Assembly: GCA_041687695.1 (NCBI GenBank)
Contig: JAWLBL010000003.1
Coordinates: 119,660 to 183,659 of the forward strand
From: Myxococcota bacterium
GTDB taxonomy: Bacteria > Myxococcota_A > UBA9042 > PHBI01 > JAWLBL01
Direction of reading: 5' to 3'
Length of the DNA: 64,000 nucleotides
The notes below the pieces were generated by a model. That model did no database searches and was not told the origin of the DNA. It worked only from the letters and a program-made list of their open reading frames with translations. Shown piece by piece: positions 18,452-30,777 of this stretch (the first letter of the stretch is position 1; each line of letters opens with the position of its first letter). The translations under genes were made by a program, and so were the position numbers.

Positions 18452-20137
18452 ATGCACGCACTCACCCCCGTCCGGGAATGCCCGGGTTGCGGCTATCGGG
18501 GCCCCGAGCGGCGCTGCCCCGAAGACGGCTTCCCGACCCTGCCCGAGGCCCGCCTCGACCCCGAGGCCCAGGTCCCGCGCCTGGTCGGGCGCGTCCTCGA
18601 CGAGCGCTGGGAGGTCCTGAACGTCCTCGGCAGCGGCGCGACCGGCTGGGTCTTCCGCGGCCGCCACGTCAGCAGCGACCAGGCCGTCGCCCTCAAGGTC
18701 CTGCGCAAGGGCCCGGCCGAGGAGCCGCGGGCCATCCGCCGCTTCTACCAGGAGGCGCGCGCCACCGCCCGCTTCACGCATCCCAACACCGTGCGGATCT
18801 TCGACTTCGGCGCCTCGGAGGACGGCTTCCTCTACCTGGCGATGGAGCTGCTCGAGGGCGCCTCGCTGGCCCAGACGCTGCGCGAGAGCGGGCCCTTCCG
18901 CCCGGCCCGCGCCGTCACCATCGCCCGACAGGTCTGCGGCGCCCTGAGCGAGGCCCACGGCAAGGGCGTGGTCCACCGCGATCTCAAGCCGGACAACCTC
19001 TTCCTGACGCGGCCCGGCGGCCGCGACGACTTCGTCAAGGTCGTCGACTTCGGCATGGCCAAGCTCCTCGAGGGCGGCGACATCGGCGCGGAGGTGACCC
19101 TGACCGGCTGGATCGTCGGCTCGCCCTCCTACATGGCGCCCGAGCAGGTCCAGTGCCAGCCCATCGACGGCCGCTCCGACCTCTACGCCGTGGGCATGGT
19201 CCTGTACGAGATGCTCACCGGCGCCGCGCCCTTCGCCGGCCCGGTCGAGGAGGTCCTGCGCAAGCAGATCTTCACCCTGCCGCCGCCGCTGCCGGCCGAG
19301 GTCGACGGCTGGCTCCTGCCCGAGTCCCTCCGGCTGCTCGTCCGCGATCTCATCGCCAAGCGCCCCGACGACCGCCCCGCCACCGCCGCGGACGTCGAGC
19401 AGCGCCTCGCCGCCATCGCCGCCGAGCTCGCCGCCCTCGAGCGCGCGACCCCGCAGCCCCTGCCCGGAACGCCCCCGGCGCGGCCCTCGCACGCGTTCAA
19501 GTTCGCCTCGCAAGCCACCCAGTCGTACGTCGGCCCCCGCACCGGGGCCGCCGCGGCCACCCGCCCGGCCCGGCCCCGCTTCCGGCCGGTCGTCCCGGCG
19601 CTCGCCCTCGCCACCGCCGCCATCGTCCTGGGCACCTGGCGCCTCGCCACGGCGCCGTCGTCCCCCGACGGAGCGCCCGCACCGCCCGCGGCGTACCGAC
19701 CCGCGTCGGCCGTCCCCCCGCTGGCTCCCCAGCTGGCGACCACGCCCCCGACCGACCTCGCGCCGCCCACCGCCGCGCCGCCCGCCTCGGCCCAGGTCGG
19801 GCTGGACCGCGCGGCCGCGCCGGCCCTGGTCCTGGTCAGCGACCCGGTCGGCGCGCAGGTGTTCGACGGCGACACCCTCCTCGGCGCGACCCCGGTCGAG
19901 CTCGCGCCCCCCGCGCAGGGCGAACGCCACCTGCGCTTCGTCCTCGACGGCTACGCGCCGGCCCAGCTGACCTTGCGGCCCGGCGAGGAGGGCCCGCGCC
20001 TCGTGCGCCTCGAGCGCGGTCCCCAGGCGCCCCGCGCACGGCGCCCCCCGCGCGACGGCCGCCCTCCGCGCGACGGCGAGCCGGCCAACAAGGCCCGAAA
20101 GGATCCCAAGAGCCCCTATGACATCAACTACTTCTGA
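18452..20137 (+). CDS. Ser/Thr protein kinase with N-terminal Cys ribbon, TM helix and PEGA-like domain
   Basis: CPGC..CPEDG, HRDLKPDN, DFG, GSPSYMAPE; SDPVGAQVFDGDTLLGATP. Confidence 0.9.
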   Translation: MHALTPVRECPGCGYRGPERRCPEDGFPTLPEARLDPEAQVPRLVGRVLDERWEVLNVLGSGATGWVFRGRHVSSDQAVALKVLRKGPAEEPRAIRRFYQEARATARFTHPNTVRIFDFGASEDGFLYLAMELLEGASLAQTLRESGPFRPARAVTIARQVCGALSEAHGKGVVHRDLKPDNLFLTRPGGRDDFVKVVDFGMAKLLEGGDIGAEVTLTGWIVGSPSYMAPEQVQCQPIDGRSDLYAVGMVLYEMLTGAAPFAGPVEEVLRKQIFTLPPPLPAEVDGWLLPESLRLLVRDLIAKRPDDRPATAADVEQRLAAIAAELAALERATPQPLPGTPPARPSHAFKFASQATQSYVGPRTGAAAATRPARPRFRPVVPALALATAAIVLGTWRLATAPSSPDGAPAPPAAYRPASAVPPLAPQLATTPPTDLAPPTAAPPASAQVGLDRAAAPALVLVSDPVGAQVFDGDTLLGATPVELAPPAQGERHLRFVLDGYAPAQLTLRPGEEGPRLVRLERGPQAPRARRPPRDGRPPRDGEPANKARKDPKSPYDINYF

Positions 20138-21086
20138 CCGTCGAACGGGACGCTGCCGGGCCTCGCTCGCGCTGAGCCTGGCCGCCCTGCTGGCGTCCGC
20201 GCCCACCCCGGCCCGCGCCGACGCGTCCGAGCGCTCCGCGTCCGACGCCGAGGCGACCCAGGACGAGGCCGTCCGCGCCCTCATCCGCCAAGGCGAGCAG
20301 CTGTTCGTCCAGCGACGCTACTCCGAAGCCATGGCCGCCTATCGGCGGGCCTATGATCAGACCGGCGCCCACGGGCTGCTGTACATGCTGGCCCGCTGCC
20401 ACGAGGAGCTCGGCGAGCTCGAGGCGGCCATCGATCTGTTCGAGAAGTTCCTGCTGACCTCGCCGCCGCCCGAGGTGCGCGGCAAGGCGTCGGGCGCCCT
20501 GCGCCTGTTGCGCCAGCGGATCACCGAGAGCCGGCTGGTGCTGCAGGTGGCGCCCTTCGGGGCGACCGTGGTGGTCGACGGGCAGGTGGTCGGCGTGGCG
20601 CCCGTCGAGCCGCGCATCGTGACGCCCGGGTGGCACGACATCGAGGTGCGGCACCCGGGCTACGCGGCGGCGCGCGAGCGGGTCCAGGTCCGAGGGGGGC
20701 GCGAGGCGACCGTCGCGGTCGAGCTGGCGCCCGAGGCGCCCGACCGCAAGCATCTCAGGCCCTGGATCTGGGCCAGCGCGGGGGTCGGCGGCGCCCTGGC
20801 GGTCGGGGGCACGATCGCGTGGCTGCTGGGTGAGAGCGATCACGCGGCCGTGGACGACGGAGATCTGACGCAGCGCGAGGCCTATGCGCTGGCGGCGGAC
20901 GGCGACACCAAGAAGACGGCGGGCGCGGTCCTGTGGCTCGGCTCGCTCGCGGCCGGCGGGGCGGCGGTCGTCCTGGCGATCCTGGAGCGCGAGGACGGGG
21001 CGACGCGGACGCGGTCGTCGGCCACGGTCACCGCCGCGCCCGTGCGGGGCGGAGGGGCGGTCATGGTCGAGGGGAGGTTCTGGTGA
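20118..21086 (+). CDS. Exported TPR + PEGA domain protein
   Basis: Signal peptide, TPR pair, PFGATVVVDG..PGWHDIEVRHPGY, Gly-rich hydrophobic hairpin, terminal GRFW. Confidence 0.82.
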   Translation: MTSTTSDRRTGRCRASLALSLAALLASAPTPARADASERSASDAEATQDEAVRALIRQGEQLFVQRRYSEAMAAYRRAYDQTGAHGLLYMLARCHEELGELEAAIDLFEKFLLTSPPPEVRGKASGALRLLRQRITESRLVLQVAPFGATVVVDGQVVGVAPVEPRIVTPGWHDIEVRHPGYAAARERVQVRGGREATVAVELAPEAPDRKHLRPWIWASAGVGGALAVGGTIAWLLGESDHAAVDDGDLTQREAYALAADGDTKKTAGAVLWLGSLAAGGAAVVLAILEREDGATRTRSSATVTAAPVRGGGAVMVEGRFW

Positions 21087-22483
21087 GGGGCGTGTGCGGG
21101 GGGCGGAGCACGTTGGGGGCGGCGGCGCTGATGGTGCTGGGAGGGATCTCGGCGGCCGGGTGTACGGATCCGACGCTCGAGGGGCGGGCCTGGCCCTGCG
21201 GCTCCGACCGGGACTGCGTGACGGGCTACACGTGCGTCGCCGGCTTCTGTCAGGCCATCGGGGGCCTCGACGTCAAGCCGGTCGCCGACGTCCCGCCGCC
21301 GGACGGGCAGCTCGCGGACGTCGAGCCGTCGCCCGGAGCTACCCTCTTCGTCGATGACGACGGCTCGCTCGAAGGCTTCGGCGGCGGCGTCCACACCCAC
21401 ACGCGCTGGGCCGACGACGCGCTGCGCCTCGACGGGGCCGAGGGGCTGTTCGTCTCGCGCGTGATGGACGCCGGCCGGGCGGGAGCGACCTGGACGCGCC
21501 TCGCCTTCCGAACCCTGCAGCCCTTCGGCAAGCCGCTCCCCGGCGGCGGCCAGCAGGAGAGCGGCTACCCCGGGGGCGTGGCCGACATGGGCCAGGCGCT
21601 GCTGCTGCTCGGCTTCGACGGCGGCGCGCCCGAGGACCGCTCGCCGCTGAAGCACGGCCTCACCGTCGTCCCCGGCGAGGGCAGCGGCCTGGTGGGCGAG
21701 GGCGTCCATGGCGGCGGCTATTCGTTCGCGGGCGGCGGGCACCTGGCGCTGGCCGCCCCGGGCGGGCACTTCGACCTGGGCAAGGACGCGCTGTCGGGCG
21801 CCCTGTGGGTCAAGACCGAGGCCTGCGAGGGGACGCTCCTGAGCCTGCGCGCGCCGGGCGGTGGCCGCGAGGTGGCCCTGAGCTGCCGCCACGACGACTG
21901 CGACGGCCGTCCGCGCCTGCGCGTTCAGCCCAGCAAGGGGGGCGCGGCCGAGCTCTGCGTCCCCCTGGCCATCGCCGACGGCGCCTGGCATCACCTGGCC
22001 TTCGTGAAGGCGGGCGGCGGCGACCAGAGGGTCTCGATCTACCTCGACGGCGTCCGCGCGCCCGACGACGACGGGCTCTTCCCGGGCGGCGACCTGGCCT
22101 TCGGCGGCGACGTGCAGGTCGCGGTGGGGGCGAGCGGCGACGGCAGCGCGGCCGCGCAGGGCGTGGCCGTCGACGAGGTGGCCCTGTGGCGGCGCGCGTT
22201 GAGCGCCGACGACATCCGCGCCCTGCACGCCCGTGGTGTGGGCCGCGTCCAGGTGCAGGTGCGGACCTGCGTCGCGGACGACTGCGCCGACGCAGCGTTC
22301 GTGGGGCCGGACGGCACCCCCGACAGCTGGTTCGAGGACCCGGAGGGCGCGCTGACGCCGCCGGACGTCGACCTCAGCCTGCCGCCGGGGCGCTACTTCC
22401 AGTACCGGACTCGCCTGGTCTCGTTCCGCGCTGCGGCAGGTCCCGCGCTGGTCCGGGTCGAGGTGCAGGCTCAGGCGCCCTGA
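21083..22483 (+). CDS. LamG/concanavalin A-like domain lipoprotein
   Basis: Lipobox AAGC, short Cys-rich motif, ALWVKT, IADGAWHHLAFV, IYLDG, VDEVALWRRALSADDI. Confidence 0.8.
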   Translation: MRGVCGGRSTLGAAALMVLGGISAAGCTDPTLEGRAWPCGSDRDCVTGYTCVAGFCQAIGGLDVKPVADVPPPDGQLADVEPSPGATLFVDDDGSLEGFGGGVHTHTRWADDALRLDGAEGLFVSRVMDAGRAGATWTRLAFRTLQPFGKPLPGGGQQESGYPGGVADMGQALLLLGFDGGAPEDRSPLKHGLTVVPGEGSGLVGEGVHGGGYSFAGGGHLALAAPGGHFDLGKDALSGALWVKTEACEGTLLSLRAPGGGREVALSCRHDDCDGRPRLRVQPSKGGAAELCVPLAIADGAWHHLAFVKAGGGDQRVSIYLDGVRAPDDDGLFPGGDLAFGGDVQVAVGASGDGSAAAQGVAVDEVALWRRALSADDIRALHARGVGRVQVQVRTCVADDCADAAFVGPDGTPDSWFEDPEGALTPPDVDLSLPPGRYFQYRTRLVSFRAAAGPALVRVEVQAQAP

Positions 22484-22625
22484 CACCGGCGTCGGGCCTC
22501 GAACCGCACGGTGCGCCGCGGCGTTGTCACAGGGCGCCGCGACCTTCGAAAACGCGCGGGGCGCCGCGACCCTGCAGTCACGGCGCCCCGCGGTGTTCAC
22601 CCGGGGCTACGGGCCCCGGGGGTCG

Positions 22626-24380
<1,755 letters not shown>

Positions 24381-24582
24381 GAAGGGTCCCCCGGGAATTG
24401 ACGTCTGGGGGCTCCATGCCGCGCGTCGGTGGGTTTGGCAAGTTCATTTAGTTGGCGGGCGGGGCGAGGCACGGCGCCTTGATCTGCGGGGCGTCGGGCG
24501 GGAAGATGGTCGCCCCGTCTCGACGCGTAGCGCGTGGTCGCCTGCGGCAGCGCAGGGACGGTTGGACCCGAGGAGGTGGAAG

Positions 24583-25668
24583 ATGCGAGCGACAACGAAG
24601 GCACGTCGGTGGCTGGCGTTGGTGGTCGGGCTGGCGGCGCTGACGCTCGGCGGCGTCGCGGCGGCAGGTCCGCAGGAGGACTGGGAGGCGGCCTACAAGG
24701 CGGGCGCGCAGGCCTTCGCCAAGAAGGACTATCGCGAGGCCGAGAAGCACCACCTGGCGGCCTACAAGATCGCCTACGACATCGGGGGTGCGGACCCGCG
24801 CTACCTCAAGTCGGTGCAGGCCTTGAGCGACCTGTACTGGGCCGAGCGGCAGTACGCGGCGGCGCTGCCGATGGTCAAGGAGGCCCTGGACATGCAGCAG
24901 GCCGTGCTCGGACCCGACCACATCACCGTCGCGCAGACGCTCAACCGGCTGGCGATGGTGCACCACATGATGAAGAACTACGACGAGGCCGAGCCCAACT
25001 ACGAGCGGGCCCTGGACGTCCTGCGCAAGCACCTCGGGCCCGACCACGCCTCGCTGGCCAAGGTGCGCAACAACCTGGGCGAGCTGTACCGGCGCAAGAA
25101 GTCCTGGGACAAGGTCGAGGCGCTGCTGAAGCAGGCGCTGGCCGACAAGGAGGCGAAGTTCGGGCCCGAGCACGAGTCACTCGCCTCGAGCCTCAACGAC
25201 CTCGCGATGTTCTACAAGGACACCGGCAAACCGGCCGAGGCCGAGCCCCTGTTCGTGCGCGCCGTCGCCATCGCCGAGACGATCCACGCCAAGAACGACC
25301 AGACCCTGGGGACCTGCCTGCACAACCTGGGTGAGCTGCGCTACGAGCAGCAGAAGTACGACGACGCGCTGGCGCTCTATCGGAGGGCGCTCGAGGTGCG
25401 CGAGGCCCAGCTCGGGCCGAAGCACCCGCACGTCGCCTCGACGCTGAACAACCTGGGCAACCTGTACTTCAAGCGGGGCGAGGACGCCGAGGCCGAGGCG
25501 GCCTACAAGCGCGCCATCGACATCCGCAAGGAGGAGTTCGGCCGCTTCCACGCGAGCGTCGCGACCACGCTCGGCAACTACATGGCTCTGCTGACCAAGA
25601 TGGGACGCGACGTCGACGCCATGGCCATCCAGGCCGAGATCGACGCCATCAAGGCCCGCCGGAAGTAG
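24583..25668 (+). CDS. Exported tetratricopeptide repeat protein (kinesin light chain-like TPRs)
   Basis: Signal peptide; repeated LGPxH..A..LNNL units; AGGAGG upstream. Confidence 0.88.
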   Translation: MRATTKARRWLALVVGLAALTLGGVAAAGPQEDWEAAYKAGAQAFAKKDYREAEKHHLAAYKIAYDIGGADPRYLKSVQALSDLYWAERQYAAALPMVKEALDMQQAVLGPDHITVAQTLNRLAMVHHMMKNYDEAEPNYERALDVLRKHLGPDHASLAKVRNNLGELYRRKKSWDKVEALLKQALADKEAKFGPEHESLASSLNDLAMFYKDTGKPAEAEPLFVRAVAIAETIHAKNDQTLGTCLHNLGELRYEQQKYDDALALYRRALEVREAQLGPKHPHVASTLNNLGNLYFKRGEDAEAEAAYKRAIDIRKEEFGRFHASVATTLGNYMALLTKMGRDVDAMAIQAEIDAIKARRK

Positions 25669-25700
25669 CCATCGCTCGCAGGCGCGCCAGAGCGGGTCGC

Positions 25701-27077
25701 CTACTCGCAGGCGCGCCGGACGCCGCCGTCACAGGCTCTCTTGCGCAGCGCGGCGGCCCGGTCCGGATCGGCGGCGCCCCCGCGCCCGGCCTCGAACATC
25801 GAGGCCAGGTCGGCGCAGGCCTGGGCGAGCCCGGCGTCGCAAGCCGTGGTGAAGTCGCGGCGGGCCCCGGTCGGGTCGGCCGCGGCGCCAGCGCCCTCTT
25901 CGAGCACCACGGCGTGGTGGTGGCACCCCTGGGGATCGCCGGCAGCGCAGGCGCGAGCGAGCAGCGTCCGCGCGGCCGACGCCGCCGATCCCTCACCCGG
26001 ATCGACCGCGAGCCCGCGCGCGAGCGCCACCGCGAAGACCCCGCAGGCCCGGGCCGACCCTGCATCGCACCATCGGCGAAGGTCCCGCGCGGCCGTGTCG
26101 TCCCCGGACCTCGGACCGGCTCCGGCGGTCGCGGTCGCCTCGATCTTCAGGGCCGCGCCTGCCGCGCAGGCGTCGGCGTGGCCCAGCTTGCAGGCGCGCT
26201 CGAAGGCGGTGGCGGCCCCTTCGCGGTCCACGGCCCCGCCCGCGCCGTGCAGCCGCATGAGGCCCAACCCATGGCAGCTGACGACGTGATCGCCCGCGCA
26301 AGCCTTGTCGCGGGCGGCGCGGTCGAGCGGCGCGGCCGTCCGCAGGTCCGGCGGCAGCGCGGGCGTCAGCGTCAGGCGCGCCAGCACGGCGGGCGCGATG
26401 GCAGGCGCGGTCGTGCGGGGGCCCGCCTCGGCGTCCGGGCGGGGGCCCTCCTCCAGCTTCTGCCGGGCTTCGTCCGGCGTCGTCCCGAGCTGCACGCACA
26501 CGCCGGGCTCGCCCGCGGCGCACGCGCGGCGCCAGTGGAGACTTGCCAGCTTGGCGTCGGCCTCGCCGCCCTGCCCGCGCTTGTAGGCGTTCCCCAGGTC
26601 GAAGCAGGCCTTGGCGTGTCCGGCCGCGCACGCCGTGTCGAGCGCCTGACGTCCCGCGGCCCCGTCCGCGTCCCCGCCTTCGCCGCGCAGCCGCATCAGC
26701 CCCAGCTGCCAGCAGCCGTCGGCGTCACCCGCACCGCAGGCCCGCTCGAAGAGCAGGCGCGCCTTGGCGACATCCTCGGGGCCGCCCAGCCCGTAGCGCC
26801 AGCTCTGCCCGAGCCGGAAGCAGGCGCCGCCGACGCCGCCCTCGCAGGCGCGCTCGAAGAGGCCGCGGGCCTTGGCGTGGTCCTGCGGGCCCGAGTCGCC
26901 CTCGTCCCACAGCACGCCGAGCTGGTGACATGCGCCGTAATCGCTCTGGGCGCAGCGCTTGGTCAAGGTGCTGCGTGAGGGGCCGCGCGCGTCGGCGTGC
27001 GCCGGCGCGACGAGGGGCGGCGAGAGCAGGAGAGCGAGGCCCATGGCGGCGGGGATCGTGCGGACGGCGAGTGGCAT
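25701..27077 (-). CDS. Sel1-like (Cys-rich, Hcp-type) repeat protein
   Basis: Repeated FERAC..G...AC..LG units; signal peptide. Confidence 0.85.
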   Translation of the reverse strand: MPLAVRTIPAAMGLALLLSPPLVAPAHADARGPSRSTLTKRCAQSDYGACHQLGVLWDEGDSGPQDHAKARGLFERACEGGVGGACFRLGQSWRYGLGGPEDVAKARLLFERACGAGDADGCWQLGLMRLRGEGGDADGAAGRQALDTACAAGHAKACFDLGNAYKRGQGGEADAKLASLHWRRACAAGEPGVCVQLGTTPDEARQKLEEGPRPDAEAGPRTTAPAIAPAVLARLTLTPALPPDLRTAAPLDRAARDKACAGDHVVSCHGLGLMRLHGAGGAVDREGAATAFERACKLGHADACAAGAALKIEATATAGAGPRSGDDTAARDLRRWCDAGSARACGVFAVALARGLAVDPGEGSAASAARTLLARACAAGDPQGCHHHAVVLEEGAGAAADPTGARRDFTTACDAGLAQACADLASMFEAGRGGAADPDRAAALRKRACDGGVRRACE

Positions 27078-27264
27078 GGGCGGACCCCGGGGTCTGGTCG
27101 GTGGAGGCGCCGATGCTACACGACAGGTCCGCGGGATCGCCATCGGCGCGGGATGGCGCCCCGTCGCGCGGCTGCGCTGTCACCGGAATACACCGGTGTG
27201 GTAGTCTGGGACGCCGTCCGTCCGTCCGGGCGACGGCGCGGGGACGCGGTAGGGAGGAGAGGTC

Positions 27265-30200
27265 ATGTCCGAGCTGACGTGTGGCAGGGCTGCGAGGGCG
27301 CGGAACGTGACGCGGGCGCTGGCCCTGCTGGGTCTGGTGGGCCTGCTGGGTGTGGCGGGCTGCAGCGACTCGAACGCGGGGGGCGAGGGCAAGGAGGACG
27401 CCAAGATCGGCGAGCCCGACGTGACGCAGGGCGGCGATCAGGGCAGCGGGGGCGCGGACGTCGCGCCCGATCGGGGGCCGAGCGGGCCGGACGCCGACGC
27501 GGGCGAGCCCGGTGGCGAGGACGCCGTCGAGGAGGACACGGGCCCCGCCCAGCCGGGTGAGTTCGGCTACCCCTGCGAGGGCCCCGACGAGTGCAACTCG
27601 GGCTATTGCATCAGCAGCCCGACCGGGAAGGTGTGCTCGAAGACGTGCCTCGAGTCCTGTCCGTCGGGGTGGGCGTGCCGCAGCACGACCCTGGAGACCG
27701 GCAACCCGGTGTTCCTGTGCGTGAGCGTCGCGGCCACGCTGTGCAACCCGTGCAGCAGCAACAAGGACTGCAACCCGGTCGTGTCGGCGAGCCCCAACCT
27801 GTGTCTGTCCTATGGCGTCGAGGGCAGCTTCTGCGGCATGGCGTGTGGCCCCAAGGGGCATCCGTGCCCGGCGGGGTACAGCTGCCAGTCGGTCCAGGGG
27901 CCGGGGGGCGTGGCCAGCGAGCAGTGCGTGGCCGACGCGGGGCAGTGCTCGTGCAACGCCATCGGCGTGGAGACCGGGGCCAGCACGAGCTGTGGCGTCG
28001 CCAACGAGCACGGCGTGTGTCCCGGGACGCGCGCCTGTGGGGCGGACGGGCTGACGGCGTGCGAGGGGCAGAGCCCGGCGGCCGAGACGTGCAACTCCAT
28101 GGACGACGACTGCGACGGCAAGATCGACGAGGACATCGTCGGCGAGGCCTGCCCGTTGGTGAACGAGCACGGGACCTGCATGGGGGTCGAGTCGTGCGTC
28201 GACGGCGGGATCGTGTGCACGGGGACGGCGGCCAGCGTCGAGGTGTGCAACGGCGTGGACGACGACTGCAACGGGTCCACCGACGAGGGCTTCTTGGACA
28301 CCGACCTGGACGGCGTCGCCGACTGCGTGGACCTCGACGACGACGGCGACGGGGCGCCCGACGCCATCGACTGCGCGCCGACCGATCCGGCGGTGCACCC
28401 GGGCGCGACCGAGGTCTGCGACGGCCTCGACCAGGACTGCGACGGCCTGACCGACGAGCAGGACAGCGAGGGCTGCACGGTCTTCTACCAGGACAAGGAC
28501 GGCGACGGGTTCGGCAGCGCCACGGCGCCGCCCCGCTGCCTGTGCGGGGCGGACACGGCGTCGTTCTACACGGTCGCCAACGCCGAGGACTGCTACGACC
28601 TCAGCGCCGACGCCTTCCCGGGCGGCGTCGAGGTGTGCAACGGCGTCGACGACGACTGCGACGGCGAGACGGACGAGGGGTTCGCGGCCGAGCCGTGCTC
28701 GAACTCGAACGCGCACGGGACGTGCGCGGGCACGCGGCTGTGTCAGGGTGGCGTGCTGAGCTGTGTCGGGCCGACGCCCAAGGCCGAGATCTGCAACGGC
28801 CTCGACGACGACTGCGACGGGCAGACCGACGAGGGCGTGCCCGACACGGACGGCGACGGCCTGCACGACTGCGAGGACGACGACGACGACAACGACGGCT
28901 TCCTGGATCTCGTCGACTGCGCCCCCCTGGACGCGGCGGTCTACCCGGGCGCGCCCGAGGTGTGCAACGGCAAGGACGACGACTGCGACGGGCTGGTCGA
29001 CGAGGCGGGCGCCCAGGGCTGCTCGCCGTACTACCAGGACGCCGACGGCGACGGCGTGGGCTCCAGCTCGGTCGAGGCGTCCTGCCTGTGTCAGCCGAAC
29101 CCGGCGAGCTTCTTCACGGCCACGGCGGCGGGCGACTGCAACGACATCGACCCGGCGGTCAGGCCCGGCGCGCCCGAGGTGTGCAACTTCAAGGACGACG
29201 ACTGTGACGGCGAGATCGACGAGGGCGTCGCCTCGCCCTGCGGGACGTGCTCGTCCGTGTGCGTCATCGAGCTGGGCCAGGACAAGCCCGAGCCGGTGGA
29301 GCCGACGGTCGAGAACTCGAGCGGCCTCACCAAGACGCCCGACGGCGGGCTGACGCTGGACACGTCGACCTTCGAGCTGCCGTTCATCTGGATCGCGAAC
29401 TCGGCCGAGAACACGGTCTCGAAGCTGAACACGACCAACGGCTGCGAGGTTGCGCGCTACAACGTGTGCCCGAACCCCAGCCGCACCGCGGTGGATCTCG
29501 CCGGCAACGGCATCATCTCGTGCCGCGACGACGGCGGCGTGGGCAAGGTGGCCGTCTTCGAGGTCGACTGCGTCGACAAGAACGGCAACGGGCAGATCGA
29601 CACGTCGCGCGACGTGAACAACGACTGCACCATCTCGAACCAGGAGATGGTCGCCAACGACGAGTGCATCGTCTGGAGCGTCAAGCCCGACGGCGGCAAC
29701 ACGGTCGGCTGCGGCTCGAGCGGCACCGGCTGCGCCCGCTCGGCCGGCGTGGACAAGGACAACAACGTCTGGGTCGGCTTCTGGAACTCGAAGAACCTGC
29801 GTCAGATGAACGGCGCCAACGGCCAGACGCTCAAGACCTTCGCCATGCCGGTGCGGCCGTACGGCCTCGCCATCGACGCCGACCAGAACATCTGGGTCGC
29901 CTCGCGCGAGCCGACGCACCTCGCGCTCATCCACCCGGAGACGGGCTTCGTCGAGAGCTGGCCGGTGCCCAACGGCGTCTACGGCCTTGCCATCGACCCG
30001 CTGGGCAAGGTGTGGGTGGCCGGCGGCGAGGGCGGCGGCGTGTCGCGCTTCGACCCCGACACCGAGACCTGGCAGACCTGGGACAACTTCAACCGCGGCT
30101 ATGCGCGCGGCGTCGCCGTCAGCGTCGAGCGCGACGACGCGGGCAACGTCACCGACAGCAAGGTCTACGTGACGCACCACACCTGGAGCGCCTGCAACCA

Positions 30201-30777
30201 GGACCAGGGCAAGCACCGCTACGTCACCGTCATCGACGCGCTGACGCTCGAGACCCTGCCGACCCTCGACCTGGGCGCCGACCGCGCGCCGGTGGGCGCC
30301 GCCATCGACGCCGCGGGCTACCTGTGGACCGTCAACCAATGCGAGGGAAGCGCCACCAAGCTCGACGTGACCACCGGGCAGATCGTGAACAACTACCCGG
30401 TCGGCATCGGCCCCTACACCTACAGCGACATGACGGGCTACGCCCTCAAGACCATCACCTCGGGCTCCGGCTACTTCCGCAAGCTCTTCGAGGGGTGGAC
30501 CGGCTCCGAGACCCTGTGGGACCAGCTGGTCGTCGTGGCCGACCTCCCCGGCGACGGGGTCACCTGGGTCGAGGTGCGCTACCGCGTCGCGGCCACCAAG
30601 GACGCCCTGAAGACCACCAGCTGGAAGGGCCCGTTCGGCCCGTACCCGCCCGAGCACTTCCCGCTCCAGCTCGGCGAGACCGCCAACTTCCTCGAGGTCG
30701 AGGTCGGCCTGTTCACGGCCACGCCGTCCATCAAACCCACGTTGAAGAGCATCACGGCCATTGCCTACCAGAAGTAG
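27265..30777 (+). CDS. Large Cys/Asp-rich lipoprotein with MopE-related putative metal-binding repeats and a Vgb-like beta-propeller
   Basis: Lipobox VAGC; many ExCNGxDDDCDGxxDE repeats; [35 protein letters not shown]. Confidence 0.87.
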   Translation: MSELTCGRAARARNVTRALALLGLVGLLGVAGCSDSNAGGEGKEDAKIGEPDVTQGGDQGSGGADVAPDRGPSGPDADAGEPGGEDAVEEDTGPAQPGEFGYPCEGPDECNSGYCISSPTGKVCSKTCLESCPSGWACRSTTLETGNPVFLCVSVAATLCNPCSSNKDCNPVVSASPNLCLSYGVEGSFCGMACGPKGHPCPAGYSCQSVQGPGGVASEQCVADAGQCSCNAIGVETGASTSCGVANEHGVCPGTRACGADGLTACEGQSPAAETCNSMDDDCDGKIDEDIVGEACPLVNEHGTCMGVESCVDGGIVCTGTAASVEVCNGVDDDCNGSTDEGFLDTDLDGVADCVDLDDDGDGAPDAIDCAPTDPAVHPGATEVCDGLDQDCDGLTDEQDSEGCTVFYQDKDGDGFGSATAPPRCLCGADTASFYTVANAEDCYDLSADAFPGGVEVCNGVDDDCDGETDEGFAAEPCSNSNAHGTCAGTRLCQGGVLSCVGPTPKAEICNGLDDDCDGQTDEGVPDTDGDGLHDCEDDDDDNDGFLDLVDCAPLDAAVYPGAPEVCNGKDDDCDGLVDEAGAQGCSPYYQDADGDGVGSSSVEASCLCQPNPASFFTATAAGDCNDIDPAVRPGAPEVCNFKDDDCDGEIDEGVASPCGTCSSVCVIELGQDKPEPVEPTVENSSGLTKTPDGGLTLDTSTFELPFIWIANSAENTVSKLNTTNGCEVARYNVCPNPSRTAVDLAGNGIISCRDDGGVGKVAVFEVDCVDKNGNGQIDTSRDVNNDCTISNQEMVANDECIVWSVKPDGGNTVGCGSSGTGCARSAGVDKDNNVWVGFWNSKNLRQMNGANGQTLKTFAMPVRPYGLAIDADQNIWVASREPTHLALIHPETGFVESWPVPNGVYGLAIDPLGKVWVAGGEGGGVSRFDPDTETWQTWDNFNRGYARGVAVSVERDDAGNVTDSKVYVTHHTWSACNQDQGKHRYVTVIDALTLETLPTLDLGADRAPVGAAIDAAGYLWTVNQCEGSATKLDVTTGQIVNNYPVGIGPYTYSDMTGYALKTITSGSGYFRKLFEGWTGSETLWDQLVVVADLPGDGVTWVEVRYRVAATKDALKTTSWKGPFGPYPPEHFPLQLGETANFLEVEVGLFTATPSIKPTLKSITAIAYQK

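Noticed and set aside
8070..20284. Very long antisense and alternative-frame ORFs (e.g. 8070-11588, 11917-14481, 15524-20284; also 26725-30657 and 49291-53730)
   Set aside because: Shadow ORFs expected at this GC content, overlapping well-supported genes, with no recognisable motifs
22490..22620. Third phased repeat array (GCGCCGCG iterations)
   Set aside because: Irregular spacing (21, 27, 24) and low complexity; cannot be distinguished from chance by eye
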